From: the human T2T-CHM13v2.0 reference genome, Homo sapiens
Assembly (NCBI RefSeq): GCF_009914755.1
Contig: NC_060935.1
Strand: one strand, 5' to 3'
DNA: 64,000 nucleotides
The position numbers were made by a program, and so were the translations under genes. Below, in pieces: positions 1-15,215 of the stretch (its first letter is position 1; the number at the start of each line of letters is the position of its first letter). The notes under the pieces are model-generated. The model did not search any database and was not told where the DNA came from. It was given only the letters and a program-made list of their open reading frames with translations.

Positions 1-518
1 AGCACCCACTGGGGAATAGGCTGGAACCCTGCTCCTTTCTCTTCTATCTGGCTCTTGACAGAGCACACGGAGAACTATGTCTCCCTTACAACTGTCTCAG
101 CATCTTCTTTGATCAGAGTCTCCAGTCTGTCCTCCTGTGCACCATAACTGATAATTTGGTGAGGTAGGGAGTGATGCCAGCTGTTTGGGTTTACAGTGAC
201 CACTTCTATTATTGTTGCTCCGTTTCAACTATAGCTGCTTTCAGTATGCACCACCACATCTACTTGACCGTACTCTACCTTCTTATAGCAGCTTAAACTC
301 CAGAGTGTAAGACCCCAACAACTAGCCATCTCTTCTTCCCTTTTCTGTGAAATCTTAGAGTCTGTCTGACTAGGCAAATCCACTGACTTTCCCTCCTAGT
401 AATCTCCCTCAAATGTAATGTCTCACTGAGCCCTGCGCCTTTAAAACACACGGACACATACTCATGCATCAAGCTGCTAACAGCTAATAAAAATGAACTA
501 TTAACATTCCAGACTCTG

Positions 519-825
519 CTAGGTGCCTGTAATCCTAACACTTTGGGAAGCTGAGGTGGGAGGATCGCTTGAGCCCAGGAGTTTGAGACCAGCCTGGGCA
601 ACACAGTGAGGCCCCATCTCTACAAAAAACCCAAAAATTAGCCGGGTGTGGGATCACGTGCCTGTAGTCCCAGCTACTCAGGAGGCTGAGGGAGAAGGAT
701 CATTTGAACATGGAAGGTTGAGGCTGCAGTGAGCTATGATCATGCCACTGCACTCCAGCCTGGGTGACAAAGTGAGACCTTGTCTAAAAATAAAAATAAC
801 ATTTAGATCTTGTCTAAAAATAAAA
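519..825 (+). mobile_element. AluJ
   Basis: Dimeric Alu; TSD aacattccagact at 503-515 and 826-838. Confidence 0.9.
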
Positions 826-999
826 AACATTCCAGACTTGGTGAAAATCATTTAGGTACATCTTTATGTGTCTCTATCCCTCTGGCTTTCAGTCTACAAT
901 GTCCTGGTGGGCAGGACGCATGTTTCTTAACCTTGCCTTTGCCCCTCTGACTTGATGCTTGAGTGAAGCCTCTTTAGTTCTTACTTTTTGTGCTCATTA

Positions 1000-1110
1000 A
1001 GATCTTAGCCTTCTTGAATTATGGAACTCCTTGAGAATCTGATGATTGTTACGGACCTGCTCCAGAGAAATGCACACACATAGTATTTTGCCTACAATTT
1101 GAGAGTCTCT
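1000..1110. mobile_element. hAT-Charlie DNA transposon fragment (MER103-like)
   Basis: ccttgagaatctgatg...ccagagaaatgcacac...ttttgcctacaattt. Confidence 0.55.
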
Positions 1111-1861
1111 TGAATTTTAAAGCCGTTGCAATTTAAATGCATCAGGAAGACTTGACAGCAGAGAGTTTCTTGATAAAAATGCAGTATTCCTTTATTGCTG
1201 CTTGTTTGGTTGGTTTAAAAATATGCGATATTTCTTGTCCTACCCTAGCATTTCTGGTGCCAGTATCACCAATTTAAACAATCTCCCTGGTAATTCTAAA
1301 GTTCACTAAGATTTGAGAAGTTCTGCCCTAAAGACTCAGCTTATCTTCATAGTCTATCTCATCTTCTGCTCCCAGCCACTTAACTCCTGCTACAGGGGTT
1401 CAAACTCTGGAGTCCTGGTTGTTATCTAAAGGGAACAACTGCCTTCCTGTAGGGCTAAAGTGAAGCCCCTTCATGGAGAAGCACTAGAGTCTGACAGTGG
1501 GCCCAGGTCTTCTTCATTTTCAGGTATAGTTCTGAATTCAGAAAGCCAAGTCATGTCCCAGAGAGCTGCACTTCTCTCCTTCTTTCTGTCCATCTCTCAT
1601 CAATTATTTCTGTACTCACCTTCCCCCACTTCAGACTGGAACTTTCCCTCTTCTGGAGTTGTTGCTTTCCACCATACAAGATGTCTTGTGCTTCTGCATG
1701 TTGGCATCCAGGTGTATTATTATTCCTGTGTGGTAGCCAGCGGTGCAGACTTAGAATGCCTTGTAAGTGCCTCTAAGTAGGATATAGTAAAAAGGTTTGC
1801 AGAGTTAAGCTTACATCCCAGCAGGTCCAGGTACTTCTTTGAGGTACAAAACTGATGACAG

Positions 1862-2159
1862 GGCTGGGCGCAGTGGCTCACGCCTACAATTCCAGCACTT
1901 TGGGAGGCCGAGGTGAGCAGATTACTTGAAGTTAGGAGTTTGAGACCAGCCTGGCCAACATGGTGAAATCCCATCTTTACTAAAAATACAAAAATTAGCT
2001 GGGTGTGGTGGTGCATGCTTGTATTTCCAGCTACTTGGGAGGCTGAGGCAGAAGAATGGCTCAGGAGGTGGAGGTTGCAGTGAGCCAAGATTGTGTCACT
2101 GCACTCCAACTTGAGTGACAGAGTGAGTGAGACTCTGTCTCAAAAACAAACAAACAAAC
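1862..2159 (+). mobile_element. AluS
   Basis: TSD aaactgatgacag. Confidence 0.9.
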
Positions 2160-2221
2160 AAACTGATGACAGAGCAGAGAAGGTCATATTGAGTAACTTA
2201 ATTTATTATTTTTACTAGCTA

Positions 2222-2544
<323 letters not shown>

Positions 2545-3334
2545 GAAAGTACAGCAAATGTTTTTTTTTTTTTTTAAGTGGAGGCTAAGTCAATTATAAT
2601 CCTAGTTTTTTAAGTAGAGGCTAAGTCAATTATAATCCTAGTTCCTGCCATCCAGAGGCAACCATTATTAACATTCTGGCATCCTTCCATCTAGTGTTTT
2701 TCTATTTTTTAAAAAATAGAAATTATACAATATATACAACACAGTTACCTGCTTTTCTTTGCCTAACCTTGTTTTATAACATTTCCCAATTAATGCTTCA
2801 AAATCGTATTTTCTTTTCATGGCTGCATGATATTTAATTAAATAAATATACCATTATGTAACTTTTGCTCAATTGTTGGATATTTAAGTGTAATACCTAT
2901 GTATAGTATTATAAATATGCTGTAATAAACATCTTAGTACCTAAACTTTTTCTTCTGGATTTTTTCCTTAGAAGAGGAATTGCTGGGTTAGAAATTATGA
3001 ACATTTTTAAGACTCTTGATATACAGTACTAAATTATTTTCCAGAAAGATTAGAGTATGTAGCCTTTTCAGATTGGGTTCTTTTACTTAGAAATAGCATT
3101 TAAGGCTCTTTCCTGTCATGTTATGGTTTGATAGCTCATTTCTTCTTATTGCTCAATAATATTCCATTGTATGGCTGTACCATAGTTTATCCATTTACCT
3201 GGATAAACAAATCCAAAAACATCTTGGGTACTTCTAAATTTTAGCAATTATGAATAAAGCTGCTGTAAACATTCACGTGCAGGTTTTTGTGAGGATGTAA
3301 GTTTTCAATTAATTTGAGTAAATACCAAGGAGCA

Positions 3335-3718
3335 TGATATGGTATGGATTTGTGTTCCCACCCAAATCTCATGTCGAATTGTAATCCCCAGTGTTGGAGG
3401 AGGGGCTTGGTGGATGGTGATTGGCTCATGGGGGTAGAGTTCCCCCTTGCTGTTCTCATGAAAATGAGTGAGTTCTCATGAGATCTCATTGTTTAAAAAT
3501 GTGTAGCACCTCTTCCTTCACTGTCTTCCTTCTGCTCCAGCCATGTAACATGTGCCAGCTTCCCCTTTGCCTTCCTCCATGATTCTAAGTTGCCCGAGGC
3601 CTCCCAGAAGCAGAAACCTGTACAGCCTGCAGAACCATGAGACAATTAAACCTCTTTTCTTTATAAACTACCCAGTTTCAGGTATTTCTTTATAGCAGTG
3701 TGAGAACAGACTAGTACA
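3335..3718 (+). mobile_element. MSTA-like MaLR solo LTR
   Basis: tgatatgg...ctagtaca termini; 5-bp TSD gagca on both sides; nested in L1M. Confidence 0.9.
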
Positions 3719-4095
3719 GAGCACAATTCCTGAATCATATGGTCAGCCTGTGCTTAGCTTTGTAAACTGAAATTGCCTTTTCCTCCAGCAGTGAGGAAGA
3801 GTTCCTGCCGTTTCCCATCCTCTCCAGCACTTGGTGTAAATGTTTGTGTTTTGGATTTCAGTCGTTCTAATAGGTATGTAGTGGTATCTCGTTCTTGTTG
3901 TTTTCTCTCTCATCATTGCCTTGATTTGCAGTCTCCTAATTATGCATGGTGCTGAGCATCTTTTCATCTGCATATCTATCATCTTTATATCTTCTTTGTA
4001 AAGTTTTCAGATCTTTTGCCCTTTTTAAATTTTTTTAAATTAAGTTTTTAGAGTTCATATATTTTGGATACCAATCCTTTATCAGATAAGTGGAA

Positions 4096-4398
<303 letters not shown>

Positions 4399-4587
4399 TG
4401 TTTTCCAGACAGGGTCTCACTCTGTCAACCAGTCTGGAGTGCAGCCTTGACCTCCTGGACTTAAGGGATCCTCTCGTCTCAGCCTCCTGAGTAGCTGGGA
4501 CTATAGTCTCACTATGTTGCCCAGGCTAGTCTTGAATTCCTGGGCTTGAGCGATCATGCTGCCTCAGCTTCTCAAAGTGCTAGGATT

Positions 4588-5659
4588 CCATGTCTTTGCT
4601 ATTGTGAATAGTGCTGAGATGAACATACATGTGCATGTGTCTTTATGATAGAATGATTTTTATTCCTTTGGGTATGTACCCAGTAACGGGATTGCTGGAT
4701 TGAATGGTAGTTTTTTATTTTATTTTATTTTATTATTATTATACTTTAAGTTTTAGGGTACATGTGCACAATGTGCAGGTTTGTTACATATGTATACTGT
4801 GCTGCACCCATTAACTCGTCATTTAGCATTAGGTATATCTCCTAATGCTATGCCTCCCCCATACCCCCACCACACAACAGTCCCGGGTGTGTGATGTTCC
4901 CCTTCCTGTGTCCATGTGTTCTCATTGTTCAATTCCCACCTATGAGTGAGAACATGTGGTGTTTGGTTTTTTGACCTTGCGATACTTTGCTGAGAATGAT
5001 GGTTTCCAGCTTCATCCATGTCCCTACAAAGGACATGAACTCATCATTTTTTATGGCTGCATAGTATTCCATGGTGTATATGTGCCACATTTTCTTAATC
5101 CAGTCTATCATTGTTGGACATTTGGGTTGGTTCCAAGTCTTTGCTATTGTGAATAGTGCCGCAATCAATCTAGATGCCCATCAACAGTGGACTTGAAAAA
5201 GAAAATGTGGTACATATACACTGTGGAATACTACACAGCCATAAAAAAGAACAAAATCATGTCTTTTGCGACAACATGGCTGGAGCTAGAGGCCATTATC
5301 CTGAGAGAATTAATGCAGGAACAGAAAACCAAATACTGCATGTCCTTACTTACAAGTGGAAGCCAAACACTGAGTACATGTGGACACAAAGAAGGGAACA
5401 ATAGACACCAGAGCCTACTTGAGGGTGGAGAGTGAGAGGAGGGTGAGGACTGAAAAACTACCTATTGGGTACTATGCTGATTAAATGGGTGACAAGATTA
5501 TTTATATACCAAACCCCTGCAACACACAATTTACCCATGCAACAAACCTGCACATGTATCCCCTAAACCTAAAATAAAAGTTGGAAAGGGAAAAATGTCA
5601 ATAAATAAATAAACTCAATGTTCATTTAGAAAAAACAAAACAAAACAAAAAAACAAACA
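4588..5659 (+). mobile_element. 5'-truncated, 5'-inverted L1 (L1PA13-16/PB-like): inverted part 4588-4710, sense part 5163-5595, tail to 5659
   Basis: 15-bp TSD caaagtgctaggatt at 4573-4587 and 5660-5674. The two parts are contiguous in the L1 consensus (gacatgg|aatcaa). Confidence 0.85.
4711..5165 (-). mobile_element. Young 5'-truncated L1 (L1PA4/5-like) 3' end
   Basis: Tail ttattattatactttaagttttagggtacatgtgcac; ORF2 C-terminus ...HHMFSLIGGN. Confidence 0.9.
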
Positions 5660-6214
5660 CAAAGTGCTAGGATTATGGGCATGAGCCACAGCACCTGGCC
5701 CATCAGATAAGTGTTCTACAAATATTTTCTTTCGGTCTGTGGCTTGTATTTTCATTTTTGTAACTTACAAACTTCTAAATGATTGAGTAAATCAAGAAGG
5801 AAAAGATAGAGTACACAGGCATTAAAAGTTACCTACATAAACAAAATAAGATATTCAAAAAATGGCAAAATATTTTCAGCAGATATGACAAATCATTAAA
5901 TGTGTTCATTATATGAAAAGCTGATATATACATATACGTATGTCATATATATACATATATGTAGCCAGAAGACTTGAACAGATAATTAATAAAAGTGGTT
6001 ATATAACAAATAAATATGTGGAAAATTGTTTACTCTTGCTAGTAATAAAATAAGTGCAAATAAAACAATAAAGTATTTCCACTTTTTGGGCTTATCAAGT
6101 TAGCCAAAAAATTTTCAATGCTATTGTCTAATAATGTGTTGGAAAAGCTACTTATACATGGCTGAGAGGAGTCTAAATTGGCAAAGCAATTCGCTGATAC
6201 AGGAGGTCTTTTAA

Positions 6215-6562
<348 letters not shown>

Positions 6563-6608
6563 TAGTTGTTAAGAATGCAAAGTTTGGAGTCATGAAAACT
6601 TTATTATA

Positions 6609-6987
<379 letters not shown>

Positions 6988-7294
6988 TTATTGTCTGGTT
7001 TAAATGAGAGAAAGCCTGTAAAGCACTTGTAAGAGTAATGGACACATGGTGGCAGAGCTGAATTTCCAACACAGTTCTTCCTGATATCAGTGCTTTTCTT
7101 TGCTATTTAGTCTTTTTTTTTAATGAATAGGAAATTCAAACAACGTAGAAGTAAATAAAGCATCAAAGCCTTCCCTTTCCCTCTGCATCTCCACTTCCAT
7201 TTTCATTTTTCACAGAAAAATATTTGCTGTTAAGAGTTTTATTCAAAACCCCTCCTATATATTTATAGGCATAAAAAGATACTTTTACATGCAC

Positions 7295-7395
7295 AGTTCC
7301 CTTCTTCCCTTTCTCTCTTCTTTCTTTCCTCATTCCCTCCCTTTCTTCCTTCGTCCCTGCCTCCATCCCTTCCTCCTTCCTTTCCTTCCTTCTTT
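7295..7395. repeat. CT-rich low-complexity tract
   Basis: Near-continuous polypyrimidine run. Confidence 0.85.
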
Positions 7396-7977
7396 AAATA
7401 AAGAATGATGATTCTGTGTGCATTGTTCTGCAACTCAACAGTATGATTTGAACATCTGCCCATATCAGTCCCTGTGCAGAGCACTCTATTATATGGCCAC
7501 ACTAAATTTATTTGATCTTTCCCCTATTGATGGATGTTTTTGCTGTTTCCGATTTCTGCTCCATCAAATAATGTTTCATTGAAAATCATTTTGCCTATAT
7601 TTTGCATATATGTGGGAGAAGCACAGTAGCATTTTTTTTAGTTGTGATGAGTTATATGGGGTAATGCTTCCATTTTTATTCTCTGTGCTTACCTAGGATT
7701 ATTAGCATTTATTGAAGAATGCAGAGCTCAGTTAGGGGGTCTAGAATGTTGTCTTTGAGCAGGATTATGCCATGCACATTGGTAAGTCTGAGATACTTGC
7801 TGTGTTTTCATTTACTTGACACTGTTGTGCTGCTGAGCCAACCACTAACATGAGTTGAACTACATGTCTATGCCTCTAATTGCTGACAGTGTGCTGAGAA
7901 GAGAGGTAAGAGACCCACAGAAAAGTTTTAGAGATAATAATAGCAGACATGTAAAATTCTAGGGACTTTAAAATCAC

Positions 7978-8429
<452 letters not shown>

Positions 8430-8529
8430 CTAAATTTTTAATTCCATGATTTATGAACTTAGAAACTATATATGACAGAGTGTTCAAAAAATTGTTTTGT
8501 GGGGTTTCACTTCTGTGTGAGGAATATTA

Positions 8530-8712
8530 ATGTGAGGAGTGTTAAATGGAGCAGGACACTAGAGGTGGTAAGGACAGATTGTATTCAGTACTACTGCAAT
8601 AGGGGAAAGAGACTTCAGTGTAGAACTGAGCTCAATTCTGAATACAACAAGGACAAATGGGGACTTATAGTCAAGGAGCAGAGTGAGGGAGGTCAGAGGA
8701 TGGAAAAATTAG
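8530..8712. mobile_element. ERV LTR fragment (MER76-like)
   Basis: tgcaataggggaaagagac...ctgaatacaacaaggacaa...ggatggaaaaatta resembles a recalled consensus. Confidence 0.4.
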
Positions 8713-10411
8713 TTTGCCTAAAGCAGAGCTGTTACCTAGAGAGAAGCACACCAGTGATTTCTATCCCCACTACTCAGCTCTGGAACTGTGGCTCTGGTAT
8801 CTTTCCTAGGGGGAGAGGCGGACTCTAAACAAATAAATCTAAAGTCTTCCCATAAGGAATGGAGTTTGATACAGGATGTAGGGAAGTTCAAGTCTAAGGG
8901 TTCTCTCAAACAATGGCAGTTTCATTAGAAAGCAATTAAGAGGCAGCTGGTGGCTTTATGATAGATACAAGCGAGCCCACTTACCAACTAGTTTACCAGA
9001 GAGCATCAGGGAAAAGGATTGCTAAGAAGAGCCCTCCTGGGGACAGAGCAAACCTCAAACATGCATCTCAAAAATGAACCCTGCAAGGGAGTCCTAATTT
9101 AATTGGATTAGCTGTGGAGCAATTTATGTCTCAGGACATTGTCACAAACAATAGAGCAATCAGCTGACAATTAGTGAAGCATAAGAGCTGGGAGTGATCA
9201 AGGGAAGAGGCAGTAGAAGAGAGCCCTGCTAAAATAACATTACTGACATCCTAGGGTGCCTGTGCATATGCCCAATGTTGCACCTTCTGAGGAACAACAT
9301 CAGAGGCTTTACAGTGTGAAGGAAATAGACTTCACTAAAATAATCCACCCAGACAATATACAAACAGGCATACAACAATAACAAGCCTTGGCATCAGAGG
9401 GAGGGGAGTGATATCCAGAACTTCTACAATATATCATCTGAAGCATTTGTTTTCAACAGAAATTATGCTAACGTCAAGGAAACAGGAAAGTGTGACCTAT
9501 ACACAGGATAAAAATCAGTCAACAGAAACTACTTGTGAGAGGGACAGATGTCAGACTTAACAAAGACTTCAAAGTAGCCATTATGAAAGTAAGGAAACCA
9601 TGCTTAAGGAAGCAAAAGAAGATAGGATGACAATATTTTATTATGTAGAGAATATCAGTAAAGTGGTAGAAACTATAAAAAAGAATCAAGTAGACTTTGT
9701 GAAGTTAAAAAGTTCAGTAACTGAAATAAAATCACTAGAGAGGCTCAACAGTAGATTTGAACTGGCAGAAGAGAGAATTGAACTTGAAGATAGATCAGCA
9801 GAGATTATGAAATCCAAAGACAGAAGAATGAAGAAAAATGAACAGAACCTCAGAGGTATCTGAAGCAGCTATAACAATGTCAGACAAAATAAAATTTAAA
9901 ATAAAAATGTTAATAGAGATAAAGAAGGACATTTTATAATAATAAAGGGGCCAATCTATCAGGAAGACGTAACAATTATAAACATATATGCACCTATTAA
10001 CAGCATCCCAAAATACATGAAACAAAAACTGACAGAAATGAAAGGAGAGATGACAATTTGATAATAGTCCTTGGAGACTTCAATACCTTCAGCAATAGAT
10101 AGAACAAATAGGCGGAAGATCGGTAGGAAACAGAAGACTTGACCATTATAAACAAACTAATCCTAACAGATACTCCAGGAGTAGCAGAATATAAATTCTT
10201 CTCAAGTGCATATGAAACATTCTTCAGGATAGACCATATGCTAGACCATAAAACAAACCTCAATACATTTAAAAGGATTGAAATGCTTCAAAGTATGTTC
10301 TTCAACTACATGGAATGAAATAAGAAATCAACAACTGAATAAGAGAAATTCACAAATACATGGAAATTAACACACTGAAAACCAATGGGTTAAAGAAGAG
10401 TATCAAGAGAA

Positions 10412-10570
10412 GCTGAGTGCAGTGTGTGCCTGTAGTCCCAGCTACTCGGGGGGCTGAGTTGGGAGAATCACTGGAGCTGAGGAGTTTGAGGTCAGCCAGG
10501 GTAACATAATGAGACCCTGTCTTAAAAACAAACACAAAACAAACAACAACAACAAAAAACACACAAAATA
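10412..10570 (+). mobile_element. Alu monomer (FLAM/FAM-like)
   Basis: Single arm; TSD caagagaa. Confidence 0.8.
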
Positions 10571-10612
10571 CAAGAGAAAATTCATTGAGATGTATAAAAA
10601 CTAAGAAAAAAT

Positions 10613-10910
10613 AGCCAGGTGTGGTGGCTCATGCCTGTAATCCTAGCACTTTGGGAAGCCAAGGTGGGAGAATTGCTTGAGTTCAGGAGTTTAAGACCAG
10701 CCTAGGCGACATAGCAAGACCTTATTTCCACCAAAAATAAAAAAAAATTTAGCTGGGCAGTGGTGGGGCATGCCTGTAGTCCCAGCTACTCAGGGGGCTG
10801 AGGTGGGAGAATTGCTTGAGCCCAGGAGATCGAGGCTGCAGCTATGATTGTGCCACTGCACTCCAGCCTAGGCAACAGAGTAAGACCCTGTCTAAAAAAA
10901 AAAAAAAAGA
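10613..10910 (+). mobile_element. AluJ
   Basis: Alu consensus. Confidence 0.9.
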
Positions 10911-11700
10911 ATGAAAAAAAAATAACTTATGGGATACAACTAAAGCTGTACTTAAAGGAAATTTTTAGCTATAAACATCTATATTATAAAAGAAGAATAA
11001 TCTCAAATCAATAAACTAAACTTCCACCCTGACACTTAAGGAAAAAGAAGAGCAAACCAAACCTCAGGCAAGTAGAATAAAGGAAGTAATAAAGGCTAGA
11101 GTGAAAATTAATGAAATAGATAATTTAAAAAATAGAGAAAAAAAAATCAAAACCAAAAGCCAATTCCTTGAAAAGGTCAACAAAATCAACAAACATTTTA
11201 GCTAGACTGAACAAGAGAAAAAGAGAAGACTCAAGTTGCTAAAATCAGAAATGAAAAAGGGACATCACTACTGACCTAATAGAAATAAAAAGTATTATAA
11301 AATAATACTATGAACAATAGTATGCCAATAAATTAGATAATTTAGATAAAGTGAATAAATCCCTGGAAAGAGACAAATTACTAAAGGTGACTCAAGAAGA
11401 TATAGAAAGTTTGAATAGATCTTTATCAAGTAAAAATATTGGACAAGTAATATAAAATTGCCAACAACAACAACAACAACAAAAACAACAACAAAAATTC
11501 AGGCCTAGATTTCTTCTCTGGCAAATTGTAGCAAACATTTAAAGAAGAATTAATAGAAATATTTACAAACTTATCTAAAAAAAAAAGAAGGATGAATACT
11601 TTTCAGTTTATTCTATGAGGTCAGTATTATCCTGATACCAAAACCAGACAAGGACATAAAAATAAAACTGCAGACCAATATCTTTATGAATATAGACCCT

Positions 11701-12075
<375 letters not shown>

Positions 12076-12127
12076 TCAACATATAAAAATGCTTGTACAC
12101 CATGAGCATGTTAAACGTATCCCAGTG

Positions 12128-12410
<283 letters not shown>

Positions 12411-12611
12411 CTAGCGATCTATTATAAGATTGGTTTAACATCCAAAAATCAACCAATAGGACAAAAAATAATAGGTGTGTTCCCATAGATGCAGGAAAAA
12501 AAATTTGCAGAAATCTAACATGCTCTCATGATAAAAACACTCAACAAACTAGAAATAGAAGATAATTTTCTTAACCTGATAAAGGACATCTACAAAAAAA
12601 CCCACAGCTAA

Positions 12612-13584
<973 letters not shown>

Positions 13585-13766
13585 TGATTCCTACCTCACA
13601 CTGTATATAAACATTAACTCAAAATGGATCAAAGACTTAAATGTAAGACCTGAAACCATACAACTGTTAGAAGAAAATACAGGGGGTAAATCTTTATGAC
13701 CTTAGATTTGGCAATGGATTTTTGGATATGACATCAAAAGCATTAGAAACAAAAGAAAAAAACAGA

Positions 13767-14148
13767 TGTCTTAGTGTGAGCTGCTATGACAAAATACCAT
13801 AGGCTGGGTGGCCTAAGTAACAGAAATGTATTGGCTTCTAGTTCTGGAGGCTAGAAATCTGAGATCAGGTGTCAGCATGATCGCGTTCTTGTGAAGGTTT
13901 TCTTCCTGGCTTGCAAACAGCTACCTTCTCACTGTGTCCTCACACAGTGAAGAGAGTGAGAGAGAGCGAGCAAGTTCTCTGGTGTCTCTTCTTATAAAGG
14001 CACTAATTCCATCATGAGGGCTCCACCCTCATGACCTCATCTAAATCTAATTATCTCCCAAGGCCCCATCTCCAAATACCATTATGCTGGGGATTAGGGT
14101 TTCAACGCATGCATTCTGGAGGCAGGGGACACAATTCAGTCCATGGCA
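13767..14148 (-). mobile_element. MLT1A-like MaLR solo LTR
   Basis: tgtcttagt...gctgctatgacaaaataccataggctgggtggc...cagtccatggca. Confidence 0.85.
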
Positions 14149-15215
14149 GTAGATAAATTGCGATGATTTTTATAGATAAAAATTAAAGGACATTGCAGCA
14201 TTCCAATATGGCCGAATAGGAACAGCTCCGGTCTGCAGCTCCTAGTGTGATTGATGCAGAAGATGGGTGATTTCTGCATTTCCAACTGAGGTACCTGGTT
14301 CATCTAATTGGGACTGGTTGGACAGTGGGTACAGCCCATGGAGGGCGAGCTGAAACAGGGCGGGGCATTGCCTCACTGGGGAAGCTCAAGGGGTTGGGGG
14401 ATTTCCCTTTCCTAGCCAAGGGAAGCTGTGACAGACTGTACCAGGAAAATCGGGACACTCCCGCCCAAATACTGCACTTTTCCAATGGTCTTAGCAAACA
14501 GCACACCAAGAGATTTTATCCTGCACCTGGCTCAGCGGGTCCCATCCCCACGGAACCTTGCTCACTGCTAATGCAGCAGTCCAAGATCGAACTGCGAGAT
14601 GGCAAGCCTGGCTGGGGGAGGGGCATCCACCATTGCTGAGGCTGGAGTAGGTAAACAAAGTGGCCAGGAAGCTTGAACTGAGTGGAGCCCATCCCAGCTC
14701 AATGAGGACCCCTGCCTCTGTAGACTCCACCTCTGGGGGCAGGGCATAGCTGAACAAAAGGCAGCAGAAACTTCTGCAGACTTAAACGTCCCTGTCTGAC
14801 AGCTCTGAAGAGAGCAGTGGTTCTCCCAGCATGGTGTTTGAGCTCTGAGAACGGACAGACTGCCTCCTCAAGTGGGTCCCTGACCCCTGTGTAGACTAAC
14901 TTGGAGACACCTCCCAGTAGGGGCTGACTGACACCTCATACATATGGGTGCCCCTCTGAGATGAAGCTTCCAGAGGAAGGATCAGGCAGCAATATTTACT
15001 GTTCTGCAGCCTCCACTGGTGATACCCAGGCAAACAGGGTCTGGAGTGGACCTCCAGCAAACTCCAACAGAGCTGCAGCTGAGGGACCTGACTGTTAGAA
15101 GAAAAACTAACAAACAGAAAGGAATAGCATCAACATCAACTAAAAGGCCATCCACACCAAAACCCCATCTGTAGGTCACCATCATCAAAGACCAAAGGTA
15201 GATGAAACCACAAAG

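Larger units (their letters stand above)
4401..5700 (-). mobile_element. AluJ split by L1 insertions (4401-4587 and 5675-5700)
   Basis: Outer TSD atcagataagtg at 4081-4092 and 5702-5713. Confidence 0.85.

Noticed and set aside
30-170. Possible plus-strand exon (acceptor at 59-60, donor near 159)
   Set aside because: Splice-like motifs only; no ORF or other support.
14300-14633. Antisense L1 ORF0 homologue
   Set aside because: It begins MVDAPPPA at 14633 but frameshifts and stops after 21 codons. The ORF at 14300-14509 is only the downstream remnant.
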